Counted from the stretch's first letter, positions 37,522 to 47,640 are shown. The stretch is DNA of 64,000 nucleotides from Actinomycetota bacterium (GCA_039812585.1 JBDIAW010000006.1:4393-68392), one strand, 5' to 3'. The notes: a model not told the origin generated them from the sequence alone. Numbers and translations are program-made.

Positions 37522-38394
37522 CTAAACCGGCTGCTGGGATTCGGTGTGAGGCAGGCGAATCACGCGCTGCTGATCGTCACGCTCAGTGTCTTGGCCAGTG
37601 CGAGCGGGAGGGAGCACGATGGTGCGCTGGTGGTCCTCCCGGGCGTCATTCTCCTGCGCCTGCGCACCATTGTCGCGGCGGGAGCCCTCCCGGGAACCCA
37701 TCACCTGAGCGACGATACCAATCACTGTGTCGATGACCTGGCTTTGACTCTGCGCGGTGGTATCCACCACATGGGCATCAGGAGCTTGAGCCAAGGGGGC
37801 TACCTTGCGTTTACTGTCGCGGGCATCGCGCACCTTCATGGCTGCCAGCGTGTGCTGCACGTCACCGCCCACCGTCCCCTGGGCGACACGACGCTGCGCG
37901 CGGGCCTGCTCATCGGCGGTCAGGAAAATCTTCACCTGGGCGGTGGGGGCCACCACGGTGCCTACATCTCGCCCCTCTGCCACAATGCCACCACCGTTGA
38001 TGACGCGCCGCTGCAACGCAGTCAGCATCTGACGCACCACTGGTACCGCACTGACCGGGCTGACAGCCTCCGTGACCACCGCGTTGCGGATAGCCGGCTC
38101 CACGTTCTCTCCGTTGAGGCGCACCGCGAAGTGATCTGGGTCGGTACTCACCGTGATGCGTGGGCCCATGCCGGTCTGCAACAAAGCGGTGATCGCCACC
38201 TCATCCAACGGATCGACCTCGTGCTGCAGCAACCACCAGGTCAGTGCACGATAGGTGGCTCCGGTGTCCAAGTACCGCAAACCCAGGCGCCGCGCCACCT
38301 CCCGTGAGACGGTGGACTTACCCGACCCCGAAGGACCATCAATGGCTATCACGGGGTGAGACACAGAGGCAAACCCGGATTCAGACACTGTCAT
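37522..38394 (-). CDS. cmk: Cytidylate kinase with a low-complexity C-terminal tail
   Basis: [16 protein letters not shown] is the P-loop. The gene is in the conserved scpAB-rluB-cmk-der order. I chose the start at MTVSES. Confidence 0.8.
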   Translation of the reverse strand: MTVSESGFASVSHPVIAIDGPSGSGKSTVSREVARRLGLRYLDTGATYRALTWWLLQHEVDPLDEVAITALLQTGMGPRITVSTDPDHFAVRLNGENVEPAIRNAVVTEAVSPVSAVPVVRQMLTALQRRVINGGGIVAEGRDVGTVVAPTAQVKIFLTADEQARAQRRVAQGTVGGDVQHTLAAMKVRDARDSKRKVAPLAQAPDAHVVDTTAQSQSQVIDTVIGIVAQVMGSREGSRRDNGAQAQENDAREDHQRTIVLPPARTGQDTERDDQQRVIRLPHTESQQPV

Positions 38395-38555
38395 AGCGGA
38401 GTGTTCCCTTCTCAACATCGACGACCACATCCATCAGCGACCCTTAGCTCGCCTGCGGCGATGCCCACGATAATGCCCGCTGACGACAGTTTTGGCTACC
38501 CATACCACGGCGCTACGGAACACTGATGGTGACCATTGGGTCACACTCGGGGTCA

Positions 38556-39326
38556 TTAGGTGGCCGTTGGGTAAAAAGAAGCCATTTCCGGCATCGTCAA
38601 CTCCCGCCAACGCCCTGGCTTGAGCGAGCCTAAGCTCACCCCTGCCACCCGGGTGCGGACCAAGCGTTGCACAGGATGATCAACAGCGTCGAACATCCGG
38701 CGCACGATTCGATGACGACCCTCATGAATGGTGATCTCTACCAGCGTTCGCTCACCTGAAGTGGACAGCAGCCGGAACTTGTCAGCTCGAGCCGGGCCGT
38801 CGTCTAACTCCACCCCCCGCAGGAGACGCTGACCCACAGCTGGCGTGAGCTGCCCTTGCACGACCGCCCGGTAAACCTTGCTCACCTGCGCACTGGGATG
38901 CATGACGTGGTGAGCAAAATCTCCATCGTTAGTAATCAGCAAAAGACCCTCGGTGTCACCGTCCAATCGACCGACAGGGAACGCGCGAGCGGTACCTGGA
39001 GTGGGTAACTCCTGCACAAGATCCCCCACACTTAAACGCCCCTGAGGGTCGCTCATGGTGGTGATCACTCCACGGGGTTTGTTCAGCACGAAGTACAGCT
39101 TGGTGGCATCGATGCTGATGCGCTTGCCATCGACGGTGACCACTGCTGTGGAGGGGTCCACCCGCTGCCCCTGCTGAGTGACCTGCTCGCCATTGACCAC
39201 AACCCGACCCTGCTCAATGAGCTGCTCGCAGGCCCGACGGCTGCCCAGACCAGCCTGAGCTAGCACCTTCTGCAGACGAACCCCCCTGGAGTCCGGGGCT
39301 GGGTTGGGCATCGCTGAGTCAGGCAT
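38556..39326 (-). CDS. rluB: 23S rRNA pseudouridine synthase RluB-type (S4 domain + RsuA/RluB catalytic domain)
   Basis: The S4 segment is RLQKVLAQAGLGSRRACEQLIEQGRVVVNG. The catalytic motif is PVGRLDGDTEGLLLITNDG. Confidence 0.75.
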   Translation of the reverse strand: MPDSAMPNPAPDSRGVRLQKVLAQAGLGSRRACEQLIEQGRVVVNGEQVTQQGQRVDPSTAVVTVDGKRISIDATKLYFVLNKPRGVITTMSDPQGRLSVGDLVQELPTPGTARAFPVGRLDGDTEGLLLITNDGDFAHHVMHPSAQVSKVYRAVVQGQLTPAVGQRLLRGVELDDGPARADKFRLLSTSGERTLVEITIHEGRHRIVRRMFDAVDHPVQRLVRTRVAGVSLGSLKPGRWRELTMPEMASFYPTAT

Positions 39327-39330
39327 CGGC

Positions 39331-39957
39331 TCAGACACCGCTAGGTTCCTGCTGACACGTTGCGGCCTGCTCGGATACCCGGGTGCGCGCCCGCAGATCC
39401 ACCGCCTGAGCTCCCTGCTCCTCCAAACCATCGATATCGCGTAGATGCGGCACGATGGGAGGTAACTGCTGCAGGCTGGTCAGGCCCATGCGCTCCAAGA
39501 AATACGCCGTCGTGCAATAGTAATGAGCCCCGGTGCCAGGCTCGCTGCCCTGCTCATGCACCAGACCACGCGAAAGCAGTGTGCGCATCACCCCATCGAC
39601 GTTCACTCCTCGGATGGCGGCGATCTGGCTGCGGGTCACCGGCTGTCGGTAGGCCACCACCGCCAGGGTCTCCATCGCCGCCCCGGTCAGGCGGGTCACC
39701 ATTGATTCGGCAACGAAGCGCTCCACGAAGGCAGCGCACTCGGGGCGAGTGAACAAACGCCAACCTTGCCCTACCTCCCGCAGCTGGAATCCCCGCCCCG
39801 CTGCGTCGTAGTCAGCGGCCAACTCCTGCAACAGGCTGGCAATTTGGGCGGTAGGGACCTCGAGGACCTGAGCTAACGTGTGCGCCGATACAGGGCTATC
39901 CACAACGAGCAGGATGGCCTCTACCGCCTGGCGCACCGGATCGGCGCCCTGACTCAT
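39331..39957 (-). CDS. scpB: Segregation and condensation protein B
   Basis: The ScpB winged-helix pattern is present (VEAILLVVDSPVS...LRE...GWRLFTRPE...). The gene is in the syntenic position. Confidence 0.75.
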   Translation of the reverse strand: MSQGADPVRQAVEAILLVVDSPVSAHTLAQVLEVPTAQIASLLQELAADYDAAGRGFQLREVGQGWRLFTRPECAAFVERFVAESMVTRLTGAAMETLAVVAYRQPVTRSQIAAIRGVNVDGVMRTLLSRGLVHEQGSEPGTGAHYYCTTAYFLERMGLTSLQQLPPIVPHLRDIDGLEEQGAQAVDLRARTRVSEQAATCQQEPSGV

Positions 39958-39997
39958 ACTGAGGGTGGGGGGGTGCTCCACAGCGGACCTTTCTGTT

Positions 39998-40750
39998 CTA
40001 ACGCGACTGCAGGGCATCCAGCGCTACCGCCATAGCAGCAGCGACCCTCCAGTCCAACTGCCAACCGTTCGTGTGGGGCAGCTGGACGGTATACACATCG
40101 CGTAGCCCCATCTTTTTGGTGCTCGACATCACCAACGAGCCATCCGAGGTGCGGAAATCGAAGTGAAAGAGGAAGGGAATAGGGATTTCACCCACAAACG
40201 GAACGAAACCCCAAAACCTCCGCAATACAGCAATCGCAACATTGCGCTCACTGCCTTGAGCCTGCATACCATCAGCGCTGGACAAATCCCAAGTGGATCT
40301 CAACAAGGATTGAGCGAATTGTTTTTTAAACTGACCAAGCACCGCACCACTCGGGTCACAGACCTGATAGGTGGCACCTAAATCCATGACTTGTTGAGCC
40401 TTGAAAGTGAACGCCAGTTGGGATTTGGAAGAGTCGGTGAAAAAGCGCACTTCTTCTTTAAGCTTCATACGTTTTTGCTCGGCGAAAGCCCACAGAGGCC
40501 CCTCATTGCCGGCTGGATCCACCCCAACAATCTCGTAGCGGTTCACCATCATGGTGAGGCGCTGCTTGACCTTGAAAGTAGTAACACCTTGTGCCTGGAT
40601 GGGCTGGTGCATCGGCTGCTGACCCGGCTGTTGCGCAGGGTGGAGTTGGGTGTAGTCCTGGGGGTAGCCACCCGGGGAGGAGTAGCCCGACGGCTGCGAC
40701 TGACCCTGGGCGGGGGGCTGGAAAGCCGAGGGATCCTGAGGGTAGGACAT
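39998..40750 (-). CDS. Scramblase/LURP-one-related (tubby-like fold, DUF567-like) protein with a Pro/Gln/Tyr-rich N-terminus, inserted between scpA and scpB
   Basis: An N-terminus of about 60 aa, P/Q/G/Y-rich, precedes a beta-rich domain (FKVKQRLTMMVNRYEIVGVDPAGNEGPLWAFAEQKRMKLKEEVRFFTDSSKSQLAFTFKAQQVMDLGATYQVCDPSGAVLGQFKK) that resembles the PLSCR/LOR family. The central part of the gene is lower in GC than its neighbours. Confidence 0.5.
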   Translation of the reverse strand: MSYPQDPSAFQPPAQGQSQPSGYSSPGGYPQDYTQLHPAQQPGQQPMHQPIQAQGVTTFKVKQRLTMMVNRYEIVGVDPAGNEGPLWAFAEQKRMKLKEEVRFFTDSSKSQLAFTFKAQQVMDLGATYQVCDPSGAVLGQFKKQFAQSLLRSTWDLSSADGMQAQGSERNVAIAVLRRFWGFVPFVGEIPIPFLFHFDFRTSDGSLVMSSTKKMGLRDVYTVQLPHTNGWQLDWRVAAAMAVALDALQSR

Positions 40751-40827
40751 GGACGCTCCTTGATCTGCATTGGGGAGAGGGCGGTGATCAGAGTCTAGTG
40801 AGATGGTCGTAGAGCTCGGCAGCCAGG

Positions 40828-41763
40828 TCAGGCGCTCTGCTCGACCAGGGCCGTCGGGGAGGCCAACACGGCTAGGGGGCTTTCGCGCAAATCGATGACC
40901 TCATCAGGCTCTCCCTCCCATCGCACCGTCAACTCACCTAACGGTTCAGGTTGGGTAAAGCTCACCCAGCGTTGACGAAACAACTCCAACAGGGCGAGAA
41001 ACCGGCCCACAACCACGGCCTGATGGCCAGCGTCGGCACACAACTGAGCGAAGCTTAAACGATAGTGCTGACGCAAACGTTGGCTGATCAGATGCGCCTG
41101 GTCGGCGACATTGACCACCGGGGCGTGGAGATGACTCAGGCTGACTTCCTGTACTGGGGCTGGGGTCAATACCCGCGTCGCGATACGCACCAAGTTCTGC
41201 GGGGTTAGCCCAGCCACTGCAGCTGGCAGAACATGGGCAAAATCATTCTGCAAGCCCGAGGGACGGGGGTAGCTCAGGCTGGCTTGCTCCCACCATTGAG
41301 CCAACTGAGCTGCCACTGTTTTCACTGCGCGGTACTGCAGCAAACGGGCCATGAGTAGGTCACGGGCCTCCAAAGCAGCTAGGTCCTCTTCGCTATCGAT
41401 GGCTGGTTGAGGCAGCAACAGGGCAGCCTTGGCGTCCAGTAGCGTGGCGGCCACCACAAGAAACTCGCTGATTTGACCTACGTCCTGAGCACGATCCACA
41501 TGGACGATGTAGGCGAGGAAATCGTCAGTGACTTTGGATAACGACAGCGCGGTCAGCTCCAGTTTCTTGGCCTGAATCAACGACAACAACAGATCAAAGG
41601 GGCCGTCAAAATCTGCTACCTGCACTCGAAACCCAGCCGCCTGGGTCTGGTCATCTGGGAGGGGACCCGCTGGGCAGACAGGAGGGGCCTGGTTGGGAAA
41701 ACCCACCTGAGCCTCATGGATACCCACCGCAGCCTGGGTCACTGGCCACTCCAGCGCATACAT
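40828..41763 (-). CDS. scpA: Segregation and condensation protein A
   Basis: It has FDGPFDLLLSLIQAKKLELTALSLSKVTDDFLAY, the ScpA N-terminal signature. It overlaps the upstream parA-like gene. Confidence 0.75.
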   Translation of the reverse strand: MYALEWPVTQAAVGIHEAQVGFPNQAPPVCPAGPLPDDQTQAAGFRVQVADFDGPFDLLLSLIQAKKLELTALSLSKVTDDFLAYIVHVDRAQDVGQISEFLVVAATLLDAKAALLLPQPAIDSEEDLAALEARDLLMARLLQYRAVKTVAAQLAQWWEQASLSYPRPSGLQNDFAHVLPAAVAGLTPQNLVRIATRVLTPAPVQEVSLSHLHAPVVNVADQAHLISQRLRQHYRLSFAQLCADAGHQAVVVGRFLALLELFRQRWVSFTQPEPLGELTVRWEGEPDEVIDLRESPLAVLASPTALVEQSA

Positions 41764-42743
41764 ACCTCGCGGGCCAGAGTGCGGTAAGCCGCTGCCGCAT
41801 CAGAGCTACCTGCATAGGTGGTGATGGGCTCCCCGGCGGCGGTGGTCTCTGGGAAGCGCACTGTGCGGTTAATGACGGTGTGGAAGACTCGATCCCCGAA
41901 AGCCTCAACGACGCGCGCGACCACCTCGCGGGAATGGACCGTGCGGGCGTCGAACATAGTGGCCAAGATGCCGTCGATGCGAAGCCGTCGGTTTAAGCGA
42001 TCCCGTACTTTGTCGATGGTGTCCACCAGCAGCGCGGCCCCACGCAGGGCAAAGTATTCGCACTCCAGGGGGACGATCACTCCGTCGGCTGCAGTGAGGG
42101 CGTTAATGGTCAGCAAACTCAATGAGGGTTGACAGTCAATGATGACCACGTCATAGTCCTCGATGATCGGCTCCAAAGCCCGAGCCAACACCTGTTCGCG
42201 GGCCACTTCGCTGACCAATTGAACTTCTGCAGCCGAAAGGTCGATGTTGGCCGGAAGCAGGTCCATTCCCTCCACTTTGGTGGGCACGATGGCGTCGGCT
42301 GGGCGTGAACCCTGCTCGAGAATCACGTTGTAAATGGTGCGTTCCAACTCGTGGGGGCGCATTCCTAGTCCCACAGAAAGGGCGCCCTGAGGGTCAAAGT
42401 CCACCACCAGCACCTTGCGGCCATACTCAGCCAAACAGGCACCCAAATTGATGGAGGTCGTGGTTTTACCCACCCCACCTTTTTGGTTGCACATGGCCAC
42501 CACGCGGGCAGGGCCATGACGATCCAAAGGCGCCGGATCGGGAAACTTCACCATAGGGCGACCTGTGGGGCCTAGACGTGGGTAGAGCGGACTGTAGGCA
42601 GAACTGGTACCCGTGGGGGGGGACGAGGGTTCAGCGCTGGGCTGTTCGCGATCGGAAGGCTCACGCAGGTCGATCACCTGCTCCCCCTCGTTGGGGGTGG
42701 TCACAGGTGAAGCAAGATGCTGCTGTGGGTGCAGGGCGGTCAT
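41739..42743 (-). CDS. ParA/Soj-family ATPase (Rv1708-like) with a P/S-rich N-terminal extension
   Basis: The deviant Walker A is MCNQKGGVGKTTTSINLGACLA. The gene lies upstream of scpA, as in mycobacteria. Confidence 0.8.
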   Translation of the reverse strand: MTALHPQQHLASPVTTPNEGEQVIDLREPSDREQPSAEPSSPPTGTSSAYSPLYPRLGPTGRPMVKFPDPAPLDRHGPARVVAMCNQKGGVGKTTTSINLGACLAEYGRKVLVVDFDPQGALSVGLGMRPHELERTIYNVILEQGSRPADAIVPTKVEGMDLLPANIDLSAAEVQLVSEVAREQVLARALEPIIEDYDVVIIDCQPSLSLLTINALTAADGVIVPLECEYFALRGAALLVDTIDKVRDRLNRRLRIDGILATMFDARTVHSREVVARVVEAFGDRVFHTVINRTVRFPETTAAGEPITTYAGSSDAAAAYRTLAREVCMRWSGQ

Positions 42744-42948
42744 CTAATGCCCCTTCCTGATGGCGTGAAATGGCCGGCTGGCAACCGATTTGTGTACGAC
42801 GGACAGCTTAATGATTCAGTTCTACTGACCGTAGGCAGCCACACGGATGCAATCAAGCAGGCTCGCCGGATGAGGCGAGGCTAACTTCACCTCCTCACCA
42901 CATGTCCGCTCAACGCCACCTTTCCCCGCTCCTCACGACACAGTCGAC

Positions 42949-43284
42949 TCAACACTGCAAACGTTGGCCGGCTTGCACCATAGCCGAGTGCAAATGATTG
43001 ACCTGCATCAAACGCTGAATCACCACTCGTGGATCCTCTTGCGGGCTGACCTGCCCAGCCACCCCCCACAAGGTCTGACCGGGTTGCACCCTGACCTGGC
43101 AGGGCGGGCGGGGAGCAGAGTCAGCCTGAGCACGGCCCGCGTTAATAGCCCACCAGGCCGTAGCGACAAGCACAACCGCCAGCACAACGACAAGGACACG
43201 GCCACGGCCGGTCAAACGCCAGGTGGTGGAGTCCACCAACTGCGCCTGAGGCAGGTTTTCGGGACGTGAGATACCACTGATCAT
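42949..43284 (-). CDS. Small LysM-domain membrane protein divergent from lexA (Rv2719c-like, SOS-regulated cell-wall protein)
   Basis: A TM segment (VLVVVLAVVLVATAWWAI) is followed by a LysM-like VQPGQTLWGVAGQV. The gene shares its promoter region and SOS boxes with lexA. Confidence 0.55.
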   Translation of the reverse strand: MISGISRPENLPQAQLVDSTTWRLTGRGRVLVVVLAVVLVATAWWAINAGRAQADSAPRPPCQVRVQPGQTLWGVAGQVSPQEDPRVVIQRLMQVNHLHSAMVQAGQRLQC

Positions 43285-43320
43285 GCTGTGACCTCCTGAC
43301 CGAAAGGGTCGTTGGCGACA

Positions 43321-43336
43321 TCGAACATCTGTTCGG
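43321..43336. promoter_or_regulatory. LexA operator (actinobacterial Cheo-type SOS box), site 1
   Basis: TCGAACATCTGTTCGG differs from the consensus TCGAAC-N4-GTTCGA by 1 mismatch. It lies in the lexA / LysM-gene divergent intergenic region. Confidence 0.6.
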
Positions 43337-43377
43337 TTCTATGTCTAGCGCATGAGTCTGACAAAAGTGAAGACCTT

Positions 43378-43393
43378 TCGAACATTTGTTTGA
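43378..43393. promoter_or_regulatory. LexA operator (Cheo-type SOS box), site 2
   Basis: TCGAACATTTGTTTGA has 1 mismatch to the consensus. It is 33 nt upstream of the lexA start codon. Confidence 0.5.
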
Positions 43394-43425
43394 AAAAGCT
43401 CTGGCTGGGGGCTACGGTAAACACC

Positions 43426-44175
43426 ATGAGTTCACCCCAGGCGCCACGTCCGCGCACCACCCCAATCTCTGGCGAGCACCTGACGCGCTCAGTGGGATGG
43501 GATGACCTGTCCCAGCGCCAACAACGCATCCTGGAAGTCATCCACCAGATGGTGAGCCAACGGGGATACCCCCCCACCGTGCGCGAGATCGGCCAAGCCG
43601 TGGGTTTGACCAGTCCCAGCAGCGTGGCCCATCAACTAGAGGTTTTGCAGGCCAAGGGCTTCCTGCGACGCGACCCCAACCTCCCACGGGCCATCGAAGT
43701 TGTCCTCACCCCCGGGCCCAAATCCCGAAAACCACGGCAATTACAAATCGTCGATGCTCCTGACGCGACCAACCCACCCCTGGGGTTGCCGGAGTTACCC
43801 ACGCCCCGCTATATCCCCCTGGTCGGCCGCATTGCAGCTGGAGTTCCCATCACCGCAGAGGAGTCAGTCGAAGAGTTGATTCCTGTGCCTGAGCAGTTGG
43901 CCGGGGAGGGGACGTTGTTCATGCTGCAGGTGCAGGGCGACTCGATGGTGGAGGCCGCCATCTGTTCTGGCGACTGGGTGGTGATCCGCCAGCAGTCCGA
44001 CGCCGTCAACGGCGACATTGTCGCAGCCATGATCGACTCTGAAGCCACAGTGAAAACGTTTCGCGTGATCAAAGGTAAGCCGTGGCTCTACCCGGCCAAC
44101 CCTGACTTTGAACCATTCCCCGCCGACCACGCCGCCATTCTGGGCAAGGTCAAGGCAGTGATGCGCAAACTCTAG
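43426..44175 (+). CDS. lexA: SOS repressor LexA
   Basis: The N-terminal wHTH has [32 protein letters not shown]. The S24 peptidase domain has the autocleavage region VAAG and the Ser/Lys dyad context GDSM...RVIKG. I chose the start at MSSPQ. Confidence 0.85.
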   Translation: MSSPQAPRPRTTPISGEHLTRSVGWDDLSQRQQRILEVIHQMVSQRGYPPTVREIGQAVGLTSPSSVAHQLEVLQAKGFLRRDPNLPRAIEVVLTPGPKSRKPRQLQIVDAPDATNPPLGLPELPTPRYIPLVGRIAAGVPITAEESVEELIPVPEQLAGEGTLFMLQVQGDSMVEAAICSGDWVVIRQQSDAVNGDIVAAMIDSEATVKTFRVIKGKPWLYPANPDFEPFPADHAAILGKVKAVMRKL

Positions 44176-44176
44176 A

Positions 44177-46123
44177 TCAGGCCATACTGTGGCGACCCAC
44201 GCGCGCGGGCTGCTCAGGGATTGGTGCGGCGGAGGCAACGACAGTGCCCCCCAGCGAGGCAGGTGCGGGCAGGGCGGGAGCGGCCAACTGACCACCTTGA
44301 GCCAGCAACTCTTCAATGGCATCAGCACGCATCGCGGCAGCAAACAAGAACCCCTGGGCAAAACCACAGCCCAACTCCAACAGAGCTTCGCGCTGTTGGG
44401 GGGTTTCCACTCCCTCGGCAATCGCGCCTAAATGCAGCGAGCGGCACAGCTGCAAAATGGTACGAGTTAACTCCCCAGGGCCGGTACGCTGCTGGCCACC
44501 CAAGTGACGCACGAACGATTTATCCACCTTGAGAACATCCACCGGCAGGCGGGTCAGATACGACAGTGAGGAGTAGCCGGTGCCGAAGTCGTCTAGGGCG
44601 ATCTTGATACCGTGGCTTCGCAGCTTGCGCAGTAGTTGAGCGGCCTCGTCGGGAGCATCAGCAAACACTGACTCGGTCACCTCCAACATCAACACGCCGG
44701 GTGGTAGTTCAGCGTGAGCCATCGCTGCGCGCACCGTGTCGATCAACCCCACGCCCAACTGGCGAGCCGACACATTGACTGAGACATGGAACGGGGCACC
44801 GGACTGACTGTGCCGCTGGAAACGCATCGCATCCGCAGTGGCGGTGTAGAGCGCCCACTCACCGATGTCACGCACCAAACCGGTCTCCTCGGCTAAATCA
44901 ATGAAGGAGGCGGGAGACAGCAGACCTTTGGAGGCATGGGCCCACCGCACCAATGCTTCAACCCCCACCATGCCGCCGGTCGAGAGGTTGACCACCGGCT
45001 GATAGTGCAACACCAAATCACCACTGGCGATGGCCTGACGCAGATCACTTTCGGCCTGAACCCTGGCCATAGCCTTTTCATGCATTCGCTCTTCATAGCG
45101 CACAAACCCCGATTCGCGAGCCGCTTTGGCCTTGTACATGGCCAGGTCGGCGTTACGCAACAACTGCTCACTGGTCTCATGGCCGGTTTCAGCGATTGCC
45201 ACCCCCGTGGAGCCTCCAGGAAAGATTTGCCTGCCCCCAAGCACCACCGGTCGGGGTAGCAGGGAGCTGATCCGAGTGGCCACCTCGAGTGCAGCGCGGT
45301 CAGCGTCTTCCCCAGTGACCAGCACCGCGAACTCGTCACCTCCTAGACGAGCCACCAGATCGTCTTCGCGGATGCATTCCTGCAGCCGCTTACCCACCGT
45401 CTCTAACAGCTGATCACCCACATCGTGGCCCTGGGTGTCGTTGACCTGCTTGAAGCCATCGAGGTCGACGAAGAGCACCGCCACCCGACGTGGGCCGCTG
45501 GCCTCCCGCACGGCCTGTTGCACCCGCGAGAGGAACAACGCGCGGTTCGCCAAACCCGTGAGCGGATCGCTATAGGCCTGACGCAGGAGCTCCCCCTCCA
45601 GCTCGCTGCGTTGCGAGGCATCACGCACACTGACTGCCACCACACCCGATTTAACTCCAGTGATCATGACCTCGGATTCCACCCAGCGGCCGTGGGTGCG
45701 TACCTGGGTACGCAGCGGCAACCCCTGACCAGGACGAGCACTGGCGTCGGCCACCATGCGCAACAGCCGAGCCTCGACTGAGCGAGGGAACAGGTGGCTG
45801 ACCGACTGATCGACCAGTCGCTCGCAGGCGAATTGCAATGAGGCTCCTGGGGGCGTCTGGGCCATCTCCACCCTGGCCGAAGCAGTAACGATCAAGAGGA
45901 GATCTCCGGCTAGAGGGGCTAGACCCTCGACTATCTCATCGGAAAAAGCTGCAGCTGGAGCTAGCTGTGCTGTCCACACCGCTACAGCGGCCACCACCAC
46001 GGCACCCACCAGAGCCAAAACGGGCTGGGAGGTCACCATGGTGATCACCCCCACCATCACCGCGAGGGCAGCAACGACCCACCCGGGGCGCTGCCAGGCA
46101 TAGCTGAGCACGGATGGTTTCAC
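44177..46123 (-). CDS. Membrane-anchored GGDEF-EAL protein (diguanylate cyclase / c-di-GMP phosphodiesterase)
   Basis: The N-terminus has two hydrophobic helices and a PAS/GAF-like segment. The GGDEF domain has RLGGDEFAVLV. The EAL domain has EALVRW...EVTES...LDDFGTGYSSL...EGVE. Confidence 0.75.
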   Translation of the reverse strand: MKPSVLSYAWQRPGWVVAALAVMVGVITMVTSQPVLALVGAVVVAAVAVWTAQLAPAAAFSDEIVEGLAPLAGDLLLIVTASARVEMAQTPPGASLQFACERLVDQSVSHLFPRSVEARLLRMVADASARPGQGLPLRTQVRTHGRWVESEVMITGVKSGVVAVSVRDASQRSELEGELLRQAYSDPLTGLANRALFLSRVQQAVREASGPRRVAVLFVDLDGFKQVNDTQGHDVGDQLLETVGKRLQECIREDDLVARLGGDEFAVLVTGEDADRAALEVATRISSLLPRPVVLGGRQIFPGGSTGVAIAETGHETSEQLLRNADLAMYKAKAARESGFVRYEERMHEKAMARVQAESDLRQAIASGDLVLHYQPVVNLSTGGMVGVEALVRWAHASKGLLSPASFIDLAEETGLVRDIGEWALYTATADAMRFQRHSQSGAPFHVSVNVSARQLGVGLIDTVRAAMAHAELPPGVLMLEVTESVFADAPDEAAQLLRKLRSHGIKIALDDFGTGYSSLSYLTRLPVDVLKVDKSFVRHLGGQQRTGPGELTRTILQLCRSLHLGAIAEGVETPQQREALLELGCGFAQGFLFAAAMRADAIEELLAQGGQLAAPALPAPASLGGTVVASAAPIPEQPARVGRHSMA

Positions 46124-46236
46124 CCCTGTGGAATCGGCCGCAACCCGCTGCGCCTAAAGGACCCACCCAGAATCGGGGCAAATCGGCGCGCCTTACCACC
46201 AAGGCCTTACCACCAAGGACTCCAATCGTGAGGCAA

Positions 46237-47640
46237 TTACTGCCGGTAGGAGGCCACAACGGCAGCGAGGGCAGCAGGCAGTTGGGCGTACAAAGCCGTG
46301 CCCGTAGGGACGTGCTCCTCGTGCAGGACAACCCCCTCAGCGTGGATACGAGCCACCAGCGCTCCCTGCGTGTAGGGGATCAGCAGGTGCAGCGCTACCG
46401 CAGGGGCAGGCAGGAGCGCCTCCACTGCCGCCTGCACGTCTGATAAACCTTCACCGGTGCGGGCACACACAGCGATGCTGCCCGGGAAACGGCGATCTAG
46501 GCTGTCACGCGTCTCAGAATCAAGCAGGTCGATCTTGTTCAGCACCACCAACTCTGGCACATCAACCGCCCCGACCTGACCCAGCACCTCACGCACCGTG
46601 GTGTATTGGGCGCCCGGATCGGGACCACTGGCATCCACGACATGCATGAGCAGATCCGCCTGGGCCGCCTCGTCCAACGTGGAGGCGAACGCATCCACCA
46701 ATTGATGGGGCAGGTGGCGGATAAACCCCACCGTGTCGGTGAGGGTGAACTCGCGCCCAGACGCGCTCCGGGCCCGACGCACGGTGGGGTCCAAGGTGGC
46801 AAAGAGGGCGTCCTCCACCAACACCCCGGCGCCGGTCAAGCGGTTCAGCAGGCTGGACTTGCCGGCGTTGGTGTAGCCAACGATGGCCACCGCCGGGACA
46901 TCGCTAGCACGGCGACTGGCCTGCTGAACCGAGCGCACCGACTCCAGGTGGCGCACCTGACGGCGTAGGGCAGCCATGCGCGAACGGATCCGGCGGCGAT
47001 CGGTCTCGATCTTGGTTTCTCCCGGGCCTCGGGTGCCGATCCCTCCCCCACCAGCCACGCGCCCACCGGCTTGGCGCGACATCGACTCCCCCCAGCCGCG
47101 CAGACGGGGCAGCATGTACTGCATCTGCGCTAAAGCCACCTGAGCTTTACCCTCGCTGCTTTTCGCGTGCTGAGCGAAGATGTCCAAGATCAGCGCAGTG
47201 CGGTCAATCACTTTGACCGCCACCACTTTCTCCAACGCGATGAGCTGCCCTGGGCTCAGCTCCCCATCGCAAATCACCGTGTCCGCTCCGGCGCGATGCA
47301 CTACCTCACGCAACTGCTCCGCCTTGCCCTTGCCGATGTAGGTCGCCGGGTCAGGCTTCTCCCGGCGCTGGATCAGGCCGTCGAGCACCTGGCTGCCAGC
47401 GGTGTGGGCCAGTGCAGCTAACTCCGCCATCGACTGTTGGGCCTCTTGGGCGCTGCCGTGCGTCCACACCCCCACCAGCACCACCTTCTCCAGGCGCAAC
47501 TGGCGGTACTCCACCTCGGAGATGTCGGCCAGGTCGGTGCGAAGCCCCGCCACTCGGCGCAAGGCGTGGCGATCAGCCAAGTCGAGGCTCTCATCGTGCA
47601 CCGCCACGAAGGCACTGGAGCGATCGGTGCTCTCACTCAT
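46237..47640 (-). CDS. hflX: GTPase HflX
   Basis: The G-domain has [17 protein letters not shown] and DTVGFIR, with an HflX-type N-terminal domain. I chose the start at MSESTD. Confidence 0.8.
   Translation of the reverse strand: MSESTDRSSAFVAVHDESLDLADRHALRRVAGLRTDLADISEVEYRQLRLEKVVLVGVWTHGSAQEAQQSMAELAALAHTAGSQVLDGLIQRREKPDPATYIGKGKAEQLREVVHRAGADTVICDGELSPGQLIALEKVVAVKVIDRTALILDIFAQHAKSSEGKAQVALAQMQYMLPRLRGWGESMSRQAGGRVAGGGGIGTRGPGETKIETDRRRIRSRMAALRRQVRHLESVRSVQQASRRASDVPAVAIVGYTNAGKSSLLNRLTGAGVLVEDALFATLDPTVRRARSASGREFTLTDTVGFIRHLPHQLVDAFASTLDEAAQADLLMHVVDASGPDPGAQYTTVREVLGQVGAVDVPELVVLNKIDLLDSETRDSLDRRFPGSIAVCARTGEGLSDVQAAVEALLPAPAVALHLLIPYTQGALVARIHAEGVVLHEEHVPTGTALYAQLPAALAAVVASYRQ

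Noticed and set aside
37455-38307. Plus-strand ORFs (262 aa and 93 aa) overlapping cmk and the der start
   Set aside because: The opposite-strand cmk frame has a clear P-loop and syntenic context. The plus-strand ORFs have no supporting features.
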